DNA from: an uncultured Gemmatimonadaceae bacterium
GTDB lineage: Bacteria > Gemmatimonadota > Gemmatimonadetes > Gemmatimonadales > Gemmatimonadaceae
NCBI GenBank assembly: GCA_963716745.1
Contig: OY970320.1
Location: forward strand, 3,200,001-3,264,000
Direction of reading: 5' to 3'
Length of the DNA: 64,000 nt
Below the pieces are notes generated by a model. It ran no database searches. It had not been told where the DNA came from and saw only the letters and a program-made list of their open reading frames with translations. This document shows positions 1 to 13,733 of this stretch, in pieces (the stretch's first letter is position 1; each line of letters begins with the position of its first letter). The position numbers were made by a program, and so were the translations under genes.

Positions 1-967
1 GCACCGTGTCCTTGAGCGCGGCGGCCACGGAGTCCTGCTTCTTCCGGCGGATCGCGGCGGTGTCCTTCTTCGCGAGCGTATCGGCCTTGGTCAGAGAATC
101 GGTGCGTTCCTTATCGTAGTCGCGCCATGGCCGCACGAGCCGGATCGCGAGTACGGTGGAATCGCCGGAACGCAGCACGAAGTTGCTCGTGTCGAGCTTG
201 CTGCGAGATGAGCACCGGTTTGTCGAACGTCACCTTGATCGCGAGCGAATCGCGGATCTCGAGGCCCGAGATGCGCGGGCCGATCGAGTCGTGCACGAAC
301 GTGTAGAGGTCCATCGACAGCGTGTCGGTGAGGTTCACCGCCACGGTGTCCCATGGCTCGCGCGGATCGAGCGCACGATTGCTGTTGAGATCGGCCACGC
401 CGCGGATCGTCATTGGGCCGGCGCGCATCGTGCCCAGCTGGTACCGTCCGCTCGAATCGGCGAGCGTGATGTACTGCGTGCTGTCGGGCGGCAGGAAGAT
501 CTGCACGAGCGCGTTCGGCACGGGTTTCCCGGTGGCCCAATCGAACACCGCACCGTGGATCAGCGTGCCGGGGATGAACGAGCCGGTGGAGAAGATGATC
601 ACGATGGGGCGTTTGATCACGTTGCCATGGAGATCGGCGAGGCCCGGGCGGAGCGTGACCGTGTACGCGGTGATCGGCTTCCAGGCGCGCTGCCCGCGGA
701 TCTCGAGGCGGTCGCGATGCCAACCGACCTTCGGCTCGCCATCACGCGGCGAGATAAGGACGAGGCCGGCGAGATTCTGCGCGGCGCCGGCGGGTCGCTC
801 CGAGACCACCTCATCGAAGATCAGCGTGACGCTCTTGCCGCGGTAGTTCACGGCGCCGCTCTCGGGCGCGACCGAGTCGAGTACCGCCGGCGTGTGCCGC
901 GGCGGTCCGCCCGGCGGGAATCCTTGCTGGGCGCACGCGGCCGCGAGCGCCGCGGCGAGCACGAGCG

Positions 968-980
<13 letters not shown>
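1..980 (-). CDS. Ig-like (Big_5-type) domain lipoprotein; runs off the window edge, probable frameshift near 180
   Basis: GTG at 980 overlaps the valS end; lipobox LAAAC followed by AQQGFPPGGP; ORF 111..1025 becomes implausible after KPVLISQQ. Confidence 0.7.
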
Positions 981-3723
<2,743 letters not shown>

Positions 3724-3784
3724 CGTCTAGGAAGCTAACGGTGCGCGGAAGGGGGCACCACTAACTACTGACCGCGTAAGTGGC

Positions 3785-3921
3785 ACCGCGAACGGCGGGG
3801 GTGGCACCGCAAACTTCGTCTGTGGCGCTTGGCGTTGGGAACCGGGGGCTCCTTGGGATCAGCAGTACCCAACGCCAGGCGCCAACACGCCGTTCGCGGT
3901 ACCACCCCCGCCGTCAGCGGT
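3785..3921. repeat. Intergenic imperfect palindrome built from ~21-nt units (REP/MITE-like)
   Basis: ACCGCGAACGGCGGGGGTGGCACCGC...TGGCGCTTGGCGTTGGG pairs with CCCAACGCCAGGCGCCA...GCGGTACCACCCCCGCCGTCAGCGGT; related to 15461-15569. Confidence 0.8.
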
Positions 3922-3922
3922 T

Positions 3923-4444
3923 CTACACGCGCTCTTTCATTTCCTCAGCGTCCATCGCCTCCGGATCCCCGACCATCAACTGATTCACCACCGTCTCCAC
4001 TCCGGCCACTCTCCGCGCCACCGCTGTCGCTCTCATCCGCTCCGATTTCGATCCGACCCATCCCGCCAATTCCACCACCGACTCCGAGGTCGCCTCGATG
4101 TCCACCGCGCGATCTCTCAGCACCGGATCGGCGATGAACGCGGCCAGCACGCGCGCTTCGAGCGCCTCGGTATCCTCGGCGGTCGCGGATTCCTCGAGTT
4201 CGTCGCCCCACTCATAGTCGAATTCCTGGGCGCCGGCGAACGCTTCGTCCGCGAATTCGCGGATCGAATCCAAATCGAAGCGTTTGTTCCCGAGCGCGGA
4301 GCGCAGCCGCTTCCTGATGCCCTTCACGCCGCCGAGTTTGTGCGACAGCAGCAGGCCGAGCGCGACGCCGGCGAGCGCGCCCGTGAGCGCGGCGGCGAGC
4401 GTGCTGTTCGAGATTCCTTCCGGTTCCCGGCGATAGCGCGGCAT
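3923..4444 (-). CDS. BON domain-containing membrane-anchored protein
   Basis: N-terminal hydrophobic helix; C-terminal VELAGWV...AVARRVAGVETVVNQL BON pattern. Confidence 0.85.
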   Translation of the reverse strand: MPRYRREPEGISNSTLAAALTGALAGVALGLLLSHKLGGVKGIRKRLRSALGNKRFDLDSIREFADEAFAGAQEFDYEWGDELEESATAEDTEALEARVLAAFIADPVLRDRAVDIEATSESVVELAGWVGSKSERMRATAVARRVAGVETVVNQLMVGDPEAMDAEEMKERV

Positions 4445-4527
4445 ACTTCGCTGTGGCGATGAGGGTGGCCGAACGATAACTTGTCGTGGCGCGCTCAGCG
4501 AGTGGCGCGCCGTCTCATACTCCCGCG

Positions 4528-6469
4528 ATGATCGACTCTCCGAACGCCGAGCTGACGCTCACGCTCCCCGACGGTTCCGCGCGCCGCGTGCCCTCTGGCA
4601 CGCTGCCGCGCGACGTGGTCGCCGGCATCGGCGCGGGATTGCTGCGCGCGGCCGTGGCCGTGCAACTCGACGGCAACATCCAGGACCTCGTGACTCCGCT
4701 GCGGTCGAGCGGCGCCTTCCGCGTGCTCACAGAGAAGGATGCGCCCGCGCTCGACGTGCTGCGTCATTCGGCGGCGCACTTGCTCGCGACCGCGGTACGC
4801 CGCCTGCGCCCCGACGCGAAGATCGGCTTCGGTCCCGCGATCGACGACGGGTTCTACTACGACTTCGAGGTCGCGCAACCGTTCACGCCCGAGGATCTCG
4901 AGGCGTTCGAAAAGGAGATGAAGAAGGCGGCCGGGGAGAAATTCCCCTTCGTGCGCGAAGAGGTGAGTCGCGCGCAGGCGCAGAAGAAGTTCGCCGACGA
5001 TCCGCTCAAGCTCGAGCGGCTCTCGGAGCTGGGGAACGATGAGGTGATCTCCGTCTACACCGACGGGCCGTTCTTCGATCTCTGCCGCGGCCCGCATGTG
5101 CCGGACACGTCGCGCATCAAGCACTTCAAGCTGCTGCATACCGCCGGCGCGTATTGGCGCGGCGATGAGCACCGTCAGATGCTGCAGCGCATCTACGGCA
5201 CCGCGTGGTTCACGAAGGACGAGCTCGACGCGTACCTCGTGCGCATCGAGGAGGCCAAGAAGCGCGACCACCGCACGCTGGGGCGCGAGCTCGATCTGTA
5301 CTCCACCGATCAGCGCGTGGGGCCGGGGCTCATCCTGTGGCATCCTCGCGGCGCGGTGATCCGGAACGAGATCGAGAATTACGAGCGCGATCTCATCACG
5401 CGCCACGGCTACGATCTCGTGTACACGCCGCACATCGTGAGCGAGAAGCTGTTCGAGATCTCGGGGCATCTCGTGAACTTCAAGGACGGGATGTTCAGCG
5501 CGATGGACGTGGACGGGAACAATTACCGTCCCAAGCCGATGAACTGCCCCGGGCACATCTGCATTTACCAGTCGCACCAGCGCTCGTATCGCGATCTGCC
5601 GCTGCGCTTCGCCGAATTCGGCACGGTGTACCGCTACGAGCGGAGCGGCGTGCTGCACGGCATGCTGCGCGTGCGCGGGTTCACGCAGGACGACGCGCAC
5701 GTGTTCTGCACGCCGGAGCAGGTGCCGCGCGAGATCGAGCGGCTGCTCGATCTCGTGGACGAGATGCTCAAGACGTTCGGCTATCCGTACACGATCGAGC
5801 TGTCCACCATGCCCGACAACGCGCTTGGCACCGCGGAGGTGTGGGCGCACGCGGAGAAGACCCTCGCGGACGTGCTGAACGCGCGCGGGCAGAAATTCGC
5901 GATCGACGCGGGCGGCGGTGCGTTCTACGGGCCGAAGCTCGATTTCAAATTGATCGACGCGATCGGGCGCAGCTGGCAGGGTCCCACCGTGCAGCTGGAT
6001 TTCAATCTGCCCGAGCGCTTCCAGCTCGAGTTCGTGGGCGCGGACAACAAAATGCACCGGCCGGTGATGCTGCATCGCGTGCTCGTCGGGAGCATGGAGC
6101 GGTTCGTTGGCGGGCTCGATCGAGCACTACGCGGGGAATTTCCCACTCTGGCTCGCGCCGGAGCAGGTGAGCGTGATCCCGATCTCACCCGAACTCGGCG
6201 ATGCCGCGCGTTCGCTCGTGGAGAAATTCAAGGCGGCCGGCCTTCGCGTGGGCTTCGACGCCGAACTGCGCGAGGATTATCGCGAGCGCATCAAGCTCGC
6301 GTCGCAGCTCAAGGTGCCGTACATGGCGATCCTCGGGAAGCGCGAGGCCGAGGCGGGCACTGTGACGCTGCGCGCGCGCGGCGCCGAGAAGACGCAGGCG
6401 ACGATGACCGTCGATGAAGCGGTCGCGAAGCTCAAGGCGGAGATGGAGACGAGGGCGATCACCGCTTGA
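4528..6469 (+). CDS. thrS: Threonine--tRNA ligase (indel near 6115)
   Basis: TGS domain, RHSAAHLLA, DLCRGPHV, KPMNCPGH, LRVRGFTQDDAH; C-terminus IEHYAGNFPLWLAPEQV in ORF 6107..6469. Confidence 0.97.
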
Positions 6470-7175
6470 ACTACAGGGGCGGGCTGTTGGCTGTCGGCTG
6501 TGGCCTGCTGTTCGCGGGAATGCTCGGGCACCTCCAACGCTAATCCCGTCGTCTGTATTGACCCGGGTCATCCCTTCCGAGGTTAGCCGCGGCGACGAGC
6601 GGCTGAACGGCACCACCGAAGTGCACGTCGCGTGGATGGTCGCGTTGAAGCTTCGCGCGGATCTCGAAGCACGCGGCATCACCGTCTGCATGACCAAGGA
6701 CAAACAGGATACTCTCGTGCGCAATCGCGACCGCGCCGAGATCGCGAATCGCGCCGGCGCCTTACTGCTCGTGCGGCTGCACTGCGACACCGGCCGCGAC
6801 AGCGGATTCGTCGTGTACTATCCCGATCGCGAGGGCACGGCCGAGGGGAAGACCGGGCCGAGCGCCGCCGTTCGCGCGGCCAGCGATGGCGCCGCGATCA
6901 CGATCCACGCGGCGATGGCCGAGGCACTCGCGGGACTATCTCCACGACGGCGGCATCCTCGGCGACTCCAAGACTACATTGGCAGCAAGCAAGGGGCGCT
7001 CACCGGGCTCGATTTTCTCGAGGTGCCGGTTGTCACCGTCGAGATGGTGGTGCTGTCGCACAGCGAGGACGCGAGGTTCATCGAGAGCGACAGCGGCGTC
7101 GCGCTCATGGCGAATGCGATCGCGACTGGCGTGGCGCAGTTCGTCGCCTCTGCGCGCGCTGATGCTACTTCGTGA
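6466..7175 (+). CDS. N-acetylmuramoyl-L-alanine amidase (Amidase_3), frameshifted
   Basis: TTG overlapping the thrS stop gives a signal peptide; VCIDPGHP (alternative frame), RAEIAN, VRLHCD, VTVEM Zn-amidase motifs. Confidence 0.8.
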
Positions 7176-7641
7176 ACAGCGAATTCGTGGTTCGCGGAGG
7201 AGTGACCCTGTGAGGGCGGCACCGGATATTGCATGAAGATGTCCAGCCGCGTGTCGACGATCTCGCCGAGAGGGATCGGCCCGCCCGGCGAATCCACGAA
7301 TAGCGAATCGCCGCTCTGCGAGTACGGCCGGATCGTGGTCTGCTCGCTCCACGTGCCGCGGGTGAGGGAAGGGAACGTGCCGAACTGCGTGTAGTACGTC
7401 GTGATGTGCATCGAGTCGCCAGAAAAGACTTCGAGCGGCGCACCGGTGATGAATGTCTGCGGCGACCCGGTGTAGTAGGGATCGGAGATCGTCTGGGACG
7501 CGCTGTCCACGCTGAGATGTGCCACGTCCCCGTGAGTGTGAACGGTTCCGTCGGCACATTCGAGCAGGTCGACATGCCTGCGATGCCCCACGCCGCCGCC
7601 GCGAACAGAATGCACACACCAACGCTCGATGCATTCCGCAC
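7165..7641 (-). CDS. Hypothetical exported protein, frameshifted
   Basis: GGGAGGAG RBS then GTG at 7641; signal-like N-terminus, LTGTWHI, continuation in ORF 6974..7702. Confidence 0.5.
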   Translation of the reverse strand: MRNASSVGVCILFAAAAWGIAGMSTCSNVPTEPFTLTGTWHISAWTARPRRSPIPTTPGRRRHSSPVRRSKSFLATRCTSRRTTRSSARSLPSPAARGASRPRSGRTRRAAIRYSWIRRAGRSLSARSSTRGWTSSCNIRCRPHRVTPPRTTNSLFTK

Positions 7642-7780
7642 GCCCGGCTCCTCCCTTGTGTGACCCTCCTCCACTATGATCAGTGGTAGCCCCCATGCGC
7701 AACCCGAACGTTCACCGACCGGCTGATCTCAGAGGTCGCTGGTGCGTAGCTCGCGGTACACATGCGCTACGCCACCGCCA

Positions 7781-7844
7781 ATCATGTCGATCATGTCAAT
7801 CCTGTCCAAAGGCATTTTGGCAGGATTCACATGACTCACATGAT
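7781..7844. repeat. Hairpin made of 9-nt tandem units
   Basis: ATCATGTCG ATCATGTCA ATCCTGTC CAAA...TTTGG CAGGATT CACATGACT CACATGAT; a second small hairpin lies at 7741-7776. Confidence 0.8.
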
Positions 7845-7889
7845 GCGCGCGCACGTTGTTGCCGTTCCCCACGGCGACTAGCTTTGAGC

Positions 7890-9110
7890 ATGTCCGAAAA
7901 GGCCCGTCTCCCCGTCATCCTGTCCGCGGTACGTACGCCGATCGGCAAGTTCCTCGGCGGTCTCTCGTCCTTCAGCGCGCCGGAACTCGGCGCCGCAGCC
8001 ATTCGCGCCGCGATCGCCCGCAGCGGCATCCCGGCGTCGGATGTGGACGAAGTGATCATGGGTCATGTCGTGCAGGGTGGTGCCGGCCAGGCGCCCGCGC
8101 GACAGGCGGCCATCAAGGCCGGTGTCCCCGGCGTCGTCCCCGCGATGACGATCAACAAAGTCTGCGGCTCGGGACTCAAAGCCGTCATGCTCGCCGCGCA
8201 GTCGATCAAGGCCGGCGACCAGCACGTCGTGGTGGCGGGCGGCCAGGAGTCGATGTCCAACGCCGCGTTCTACGTGTACGGCATGCGCGCCGGCGTCAAA
8301 TTCGGCGACCAGAAGCTCGTGGACGGTCTCATCAAGGACGGCCTCTGGGATTCGTTCAACGACGTGCACATGGGCGGGCTCGCCGAGTACACCGCGCGCA
8401 AAGCGCATCTCACGCGCGCGATGCAGGATGAGTTCGCGCTCAGCTCGCATCGCAAGGCGGTGGCCGCGATGGATCACGGCCGCTTCGCCGCCGAGATCGT
8501 GCCGATGGAGATCCCCGGCAAGAAGGGCCCGACGGTGATCAACACCGACGAATCGCCGCGTCGCGATACGTCGCTCGAGGTGCTCGCGAAGCTCAAGCCC
8601 GCATTCCCGAACGACGCACCGAAGGACATGAAGCCCGATGAACTCACAGTCACCGCCGGCAACGCGCCGGGCCTCAGCGATGGCGCGTCGGCGCTCGTGG
8701 TCACGAGCGAGGAATACGCCCGCGCGCGCGGACTCGGCATCATGGCGCGCATCACGGGCTACGCGACCGGCGGCGGCGAGCCAAGAGATCTCTTCTTCGC
8801 TCCGATTTTCGCCGTGCAGAACCTGATGAAGAAGACCGGCACGAAGATCTCAGACTTCGATCTCATCGAGGCGAACGAAGCGTTCGCCGCGCAGGCGCTG
8901 GCGAACGGCAACGCGCTCAAGTGGGACTGGGAGCGCGTGAACGTGAACGGCGGCGCGATCGCGCTCGGCCACCCCATCGGGGCGAGCGGCGCGCGCGTGC
9001 TCACCACTTTGTTGTACGCGATGCGCGACCGCAAAGCGCGGACGGGTCTGGCGACCCTCTGCCTGGGCGGCGGCAACGCGGTGGCCCTCAGCGTGGAGGC
9101 GATCGACTGA
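7890..9110 (+). CDS. Acetyl-CoA C-acetyltransferase (thiolase)
   Basis: INKVCGSG, NEAFAAQ, NGGAIALGHPIGASG, CLGGG. Confidence 0.95.
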   Translation: MSEKARLPVILSAVRTPIGKFLGGLSSFSAPELGAAAIRAAIARSGIPASDVDEVIMGHVVQGGAGQAPARQAAIKAGVPGVVPAMTINKVCGSGLKAVMLAAQSIKAGDQHVVVAGGQESMSNAAFYVYGMRAGVKFGDQKLVDGLIKDGLWDSFNDVHMGGLAEYTARKAHLTRAMQDEFALSSHRKAVAAMDHGRFAAEIVPMEIPGKKGPTVINTDESPRRDTSLEVLAKLKPAFPNDAPKDMKPDELTVTAGNAPGLSDGASALVVTSEEYARARGLGIMARITGYATGGGEPRDLFFAPIFAVQNLMKKTGTKISDFDLIEANEAFAAQALANGNALKWDWERVNVNGGAIALGHPIGASGARVLTTLLYAMRDRKARTGLATLCLGGGNAVALSVEAID

Positions 9111-9655
9111 TGCAGCAATCGACAGTGGTGATCACGCGCGAACGCACCCAGACCGCGTTCCTCGTGGTGGCGTTCGCGGCCGCGGCGGCGCTCGCGTCGC
9201 AAGTGGCGGTGCCGATCCCCGGCACGCCGGTACCGCTCGCGCTCGCGCCGATGGCGGCGGTGCTCGCGGGATTGCTGCTCGGTCCGCGCGCCGGTGCGGC
9301 GAGCATGGCGCTCTATCTCGCGGCGGGCGCGGCGGGACTGCCGGTATTCGCGCCGATCGGACTGCCGGGCATCGCGCGCCTCTTCGGGCCCACGGGCGGC
9401 TATCTGCTCGCGTATCCGTTCGCGGCCGCGCTCGCCGGGTACATCGCGCAGCGCGTGCCGAACATCGCGGGGCGCATCGGTGCGGCCGCGGCCGGCATGG
9501 TGATCATCCACGCGGGCGGCGTCGCGCAGCTCGCGTTGCTCACGGGATCGGTGGCCACCGCCGCCGCGCTCGGGTCCGCTCCATTCATCCTGGCCGACGC
9601 CGCGAAGTCGGTGGCGGCGGGTGTGATCGCATCGACCCGCGCGCGCCGCGCGTGA
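9110..9655 (+). CDS. bioY: Biotin transporter BioY
   Basis: PGTPVP, LYLAAGAAGLPVFA, GPTGGYL. Confidence 0.9.
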   Translation: MQQSTVVITRERTQTAFLVVAFAAAAALASQVAVPIPGTPVPLALAPMAAVLAGLLLGPRAGAASMALYLAAGAAGLPVFAPIGLPGIARLFGPTGGYLLAYPFAAALAGYIAQRVPNIAGRIGAAAAGMVIIHAGGVAQLALLTGSVATAAALGSAPFILADAAKSVAAGVIASTRARRA

Positions 9656-10539
9656 ACGGTCGCGCACTGTTCTTCGCGCCGAGCGGCGTGCTGCGTGCGC
9701 CGTGGCGCGTCGCGGGCGCGACGGTGGTGTTCTTCATCTCGTTCTGGATATCCGCGCGTGCGATCTCGCTGATGCGGCCGCCGCATGCCGGATTCTACTG
9801 GAGCATGTCGGCCGGCGTCGTGATGCTGCTCGTGGCGGCGTGGGCGGCCAGCTTCGTCATGCTTCGTCTGGTGGACCGGCGCCCGTGGAGCAGCATTGGC
9901 CTTGGGAGCGCACAGGCGGCGCCGCGCACGCTCGCGGTGGGATTCGCGCTCGGGGCGCTCGGCATCCTGCTGCCGTCGGGCGTGTTGCTCATGTCGCACT
10001 ACCTCTCCATCGGCGCTCCGGCACATCCCGGCGGCACGTGGGCGGGGAGCGCATTCGTTCTTGCGATCGGACTGCTGCCGGCCGCACTGAGCGAGGAGTT
10101 GATCAGCCGCGGCTACATCTTCGCCGCGATCCGTGAGAGCATCGGGCCGTGGTGGGCGATCGCGGTCACGTCGGTCTTCTTCGCATCGCTGCACTTGGGG
10201 AACCCGGGCGTCGGACTGCGCGATGTGACGCTCGTCGCGCTCGCGGGCGTGTTCCTTGGCGCGATCGTGGTCATCACGGGCTCGCTCTGGGCGGCGACGT
10301 CGGCGCATTTCGCCTGGAATTGGGCGATGGGCGCGCTGCTGCATTCGCCGATCAGCGGCATCACCATGCCTGCGGTGCCGGGGTACGCTACCGAGAGCAC
10401 GGGGCCCGACTGGCTCACCGGCGGCGCGTGGGGTCCCGAAGGCGGCGCGGCCGCGGCGGTGGGCATGCTCGCCGGGATCGCGGCCCTCGTCGCATGGAAG
10501 CGGCGCGCGTCGCGCGCGCCGGAGTTCGCGAATGGCTGA
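9652..10539 (+). CDS. CPBP (Abi/CAAX) intramembrane metalloprotease
   Basis: EELISRGY, FASLH, HFAWN, GGAWGPEG. Confidence 0.9.
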   Translation: MNGRALFFAPSGVLRAPWRVAGATVVFFISFWISARAISLMRPPHAGFYWSMSAGVVMLLVAAWAASFVMLRLVDRRPWSSIGLGSAQAAPRTLAVGFALGALGILLPSGVLLMSHYLSIGAPAHPGGTWAGSAFVLAIGLLPAALSEELISRGYIFAAIRESIGPWWAIAVTSVFFASLHLGNPGVGLRDVTLVALAGVFLGAIVVITGSLWAATSAHFAWNWAMGALLHSPISGITMPAVPGYATESTGPDWLTGGAWGPEGGAAAAVGMLAGIAALVAWKRRASRAPEFANG

Positions 10540-11383
10540 TCGCGTCGCGGTGATCGGGGCGGGGCAGATGGGCAACGGCATCGCGCACGTGTGCGCTGCC
10601 GCCGGGCTCGACGTCGTGATGATCGACGTCGCGAAGGAAGCGCTCGCCAAGGGGCGCGCCACGATCGAGAAGAACATGGCGCGGCAGGTGCAGAAGGGCG
10701 CGCTCACTGACGATGCGCGCTCCGCCGCGCTCGGCAAACTCACCGAAGCGACGTCGCTCGACGCCGCGAAGAATGCCACCGTGGTGATCGAGGCCGCGAG
10801 CGAGAACGCCGATCTCAAATTCAAACTGTTCGGCGAGCTCGACCGCATCGCGCCCGCCGACGCGATCCTCGCCACGAACACCAGCTCCATCTCCATCACC
10901 GAGATCGCCGCGCGCACCAAGCGCCCCGCGCAGGTGATCGGCATGCACTTCATGAATCCCGTGCCCGTGATGCAGCTCGTGGAAGTGATCCGCGGTCTCG
11001 CCACCAGCGATGCGGTCACGGCGCGCGTATTCGCGCTGTCCAAGTTGCTCGGCAAGACCGCGGTGGAAGTGAACGACTATCCCGGCTTCGTCTCGAACCG
11101 CGTGCTCATGCCCATGATCAACGAGGCCGTGTACTGCCTCATGGAGGGCGTCGGCACCGCCGAGTCGATCGACACCGTGATGAAACTGGGGATGAACCAT
11201 CCCATGGGACCGCTCGCGCTCGCCGATCTCATCGGCCTCGACACCTGCGTCGCGATCCTGAACGTGCTGCACGACGGACTCGGCGATCCCAAGTACCGCC
11301 CGTGCCCGCTGCTCAAGAAGTACGTCGCCGCCGGTTGGCTCGGCAAGAAATCGGGGCGCGGCTTCTTCACGTACGGAGCGTAA
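10532..11383 (+). CDS. hbd: 3-hydroxybutyryl-CoA dehydrogenase
   Basis: GAGQMGNGIA, TNTSS, GMHFMNPVP, HPMGPL, GKKSGRGF. Confidence 0.93.
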   Translation: MADRVAVIGAGQMGNGIAHVCAAAGLDVVMIDVAKEALAKGRATIEKNMARQVQKGALTDDARSAALGKLTEATSLDAAKNATVVIEAASENADLKFKLFGELDRIAPADAILATNTSSISITEIAARTKRPAQVIGMHFMNPVPVMQLVEVIRGLATSDAVTARVFALSKLLGKTAVEVNDYPGFVSNRVLMPMINEAVYCLMEGVGTAESIDTVMKLGMNHPMGPLALADLIGLDTCVAILNVLHDGLGDPKYRPCPLLKKYVAAGWLGKKSGRGFFTYGA

Positions 11384-11386
11384 CGC

Positions 11387-12552
11387 ATGTCCTGGGCGCT
11401 CATACCACTCACCGAGGACCAGCGCACCATCCAGAAGATGGTGCGCGATTTCGCGCGCGAGCACATCACGCCGTGCGCGGCGCAATGGGACCGCGAGAGC
11501 CATTTCGACCGCAGCGTGATCGACCGCATGGGGAAGCTCGGCCTGTTCGGCATGATGCTGCCCGAGGAGCTCGATGGGCTCGGGCTCGACACCTGCACGT
11601 ACCTCGTGGCGCTCGAGGAGATCGCTGCGGCCGATGCGAGCGTAGCCGTGGCGATGAGCGTGCACAACTCGCTGCCCACCACGATGATCCTGGGCTGGGG
11701 CACCGACGCGCAGAAGCAGAAATTCCTGCGCCCCATGGCGCGCGGCGAGATGCTCGGCGCCTTCGCGCTCTCGGAGCCCGAGGCCGGTTCCGACGCGGCG
11801 TCGCTGCACGCGCAGGCGGTGCGCGACGGCGACCATTGGGTGCTGAACGGCACCAAGAGCTGGGTGACGAACGGCGGCACGGCGCGACGTGATCATCGCC
11901 ATGGCGCGCACCGATACGCCGGAGAACCGGCGCGGCGCGCGCGGCATTGGCGCGTTCATCGTCACGCCGGACCTGCCCGGATTCAGCGTGGGGAAGAAGG
12001 AGGACAAGATGGGGCTCCGCGCGTCGCCCACGGTGAGCCTCACTGTTCGAGAACATGCGCGTGCCCGCCGCGAATCTGCTCGGCGAGCCCGGCGGCGGAT
12101 TCGTGTACGCGATGCAGTCGCTCGACAACGGCCGCCTCGGCATCGCCGCGCAGGCCGTGGGCATCGCGCGCGCGGCCTTCGAGCACAGCGTGCGCTACGC
12201 GAACGAGCGCAAGCAGTTCGGCCAGTCGATCAACCAGTTCCAGGGCATCCAGTTCAAGCTCGCCGACATGGCGACGCGCATCGCGTCATCGCGCGCGCTC
12301 TTGTACATGGCCGCCGCCGCGAAGGACCGCGGCGGTTCCAATTCGCAATTCAGCAGCATGAGCAAACTGCTCGCGAGCGAGACCGCGATGTGGGTCACGA
12401 CGCAAGCGATGCAGATCTTCGGCGGCTACGGCTACATCACCGACTATCCGGTGGAGAAATTGTTCCGCGACGCGAAGATCACCGAGATCTACGAAGGCAC
12501 TTCCGAGATCCAGCGCATCGTGATCGCGCGGGAACTGTACGCCCAGAGCTAG
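11387..12552 (+). CDS. Acyl-CoA dehydrogenase (indels near 11885 and 12045)
   Basis: [47 protein letters not shown] across three frames. Confidence 0.93.
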
Positions 12553-12594
12553 AAGCTATCCGCGCCCCAAGCGTTCAGTCCCGTTCTCATCTCG

Positions 12595-12626
12595 ATCCCG
12601 ACTCCCGAATCCCAAATCCCGAGCCC
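12595..12626. repeat. Heptamer tandem repeat (ATCCCGA-like, 4 copies)
   Basis: ATCCCGA CTCCCGA ATCCCAA ATCCCGA in the intergenic gap. Confidence 0.65.
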
Positions 12627-12629
12627 TTG

Positions 12630-13733
12630 ATGCCCTCGAAGCCAAAATCAAAGCCAGCCGCTATCCCTCTCTTTGAACGCCTCGCCGAGATGGGCCACGA
12701 GCAGCTCGTGATCTGCAGCGAGCCCTCCGCCGGCTACCGCGGCATCATCGCGATCCACAGCACCGCGCTCGGCCCCGCGCTCGGCGGCACGCGCTTCTGG
12801 AGCTACGCGAGCGACGAGGAGGCGATCATCGACGCGCTGCGCCTCGCGCGCGGCATGACGTACAAGAATGCCGTGGCCGGACTCAATCTCGGCGGCGGCA
12901 AGTCGGTGATCATCGGCGACAACAAGACGCGCAATCGCGAGATGGTCTTCCGCGCGCACGGCCGCTTCGTCGAAGGACTCGGCGGGCGCTACGTGACCGC
13001 CGAGGATGTGGGCACGAGCACGAGCGACATGGACTTCGTGCACATGGAAACGGAGTACGTCACCGGGCTCGCCGGCCGTTCGGGCGATCCGTCGCCCGTC
13101 ACCGCGCACGGCGTGTTCCGCGCGATCCAGGCGAGCGCGAAGGTGCGCTGGGGACGCGACAGTCTCGAGGGAAAGACGGTCGCGCTGCAGGGCTGCGGCC
13201 ACGTCGGATATTTCCTCGCGAAGGAACTGCACGGCGCCGGCGCGAAGCTCATCGTCACCGACATCGATGGCGAGCGCGTGAACCGCGTGGTCAACGAGTT
13301 CAAGGCGAAGCCCGTCGCGACGAACGAGATCTACGGCGTGCGCGCGGACATCTTCGCGCCCTGCGCGCTCGGCGCGGTCATCAACGACAAGACGATCCCG
13401 GTGCTCAAGTGCGAGATCGTCGCCGGCGCCGCGAACAACCAGTTGGCCGAAGAGCGCCACGGCGACGCGCTCGAGAAGCGGAAGATCCTCTACGCGCCGG
13501 ACTACGTCGCGAACTCCGGCGGCGTGATCAACGTGTACGGCGAGATCGCCGGCTGGGATCCGCAGCGCGCGCTGCGCAAGGCGGACGAGATCTACGCCAC
13601 CACGCTCGGCGTGTACGAGCTCGCGAAGGCGGACAAGATCCCGACGTATCGCGCCGCCGACCGCCTGGCCGAGAAGCGGCTCAAGGCCGTGGGTGCGCTC
13701 GTGCGCACGTGGCCGGAATGGCCGAATAAGTGA
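12630..13733 (+). CDS. Glu/Leu/Phe/Val dehydrogenase (leucine dehydrogenase-like)
   Basis: [42 protein letters not shown]. Confidence 0.93.
   Translation: MPSKPKSKPAAIPLFERLAEMGHEQLVICSEPSAGYRGIIAIHSTALGPALGGTRFWSYASDEEAIIDALRLARGMTYKNAVAGLNLGGGKSVIIGDNKTRNREMVFRAHGRFVEGLGGRYVTAEDVGTSTSDMDFVHMETEYVTGLAGRSGDPSPVTAHGVFRAIQASAKVRWGRDSLEGKTVALQGCGHVGYFLAKELHGAGAKLIVTDIDGERVNRVVNEFKAKPVATNEIYGVRADIFAPCALGAVINDKTIPVLKCEIVAGAANNQLAEERHGDALEKRKILYAPDYVANSGGVINVYGEIAGWDPQRALRKADEIYATTLGVYELAKADKIPTYRAADRLAEKRLKAVGALVRTWPEWPNK

Noticed and set aside
11889..13733. 614-aa ORF as an acyl-CoA DH/Leu DH fusion
   Set aside because: Artefact of frameshifts in the acyl-CoA DH gene; Leu DH begins at about 12630
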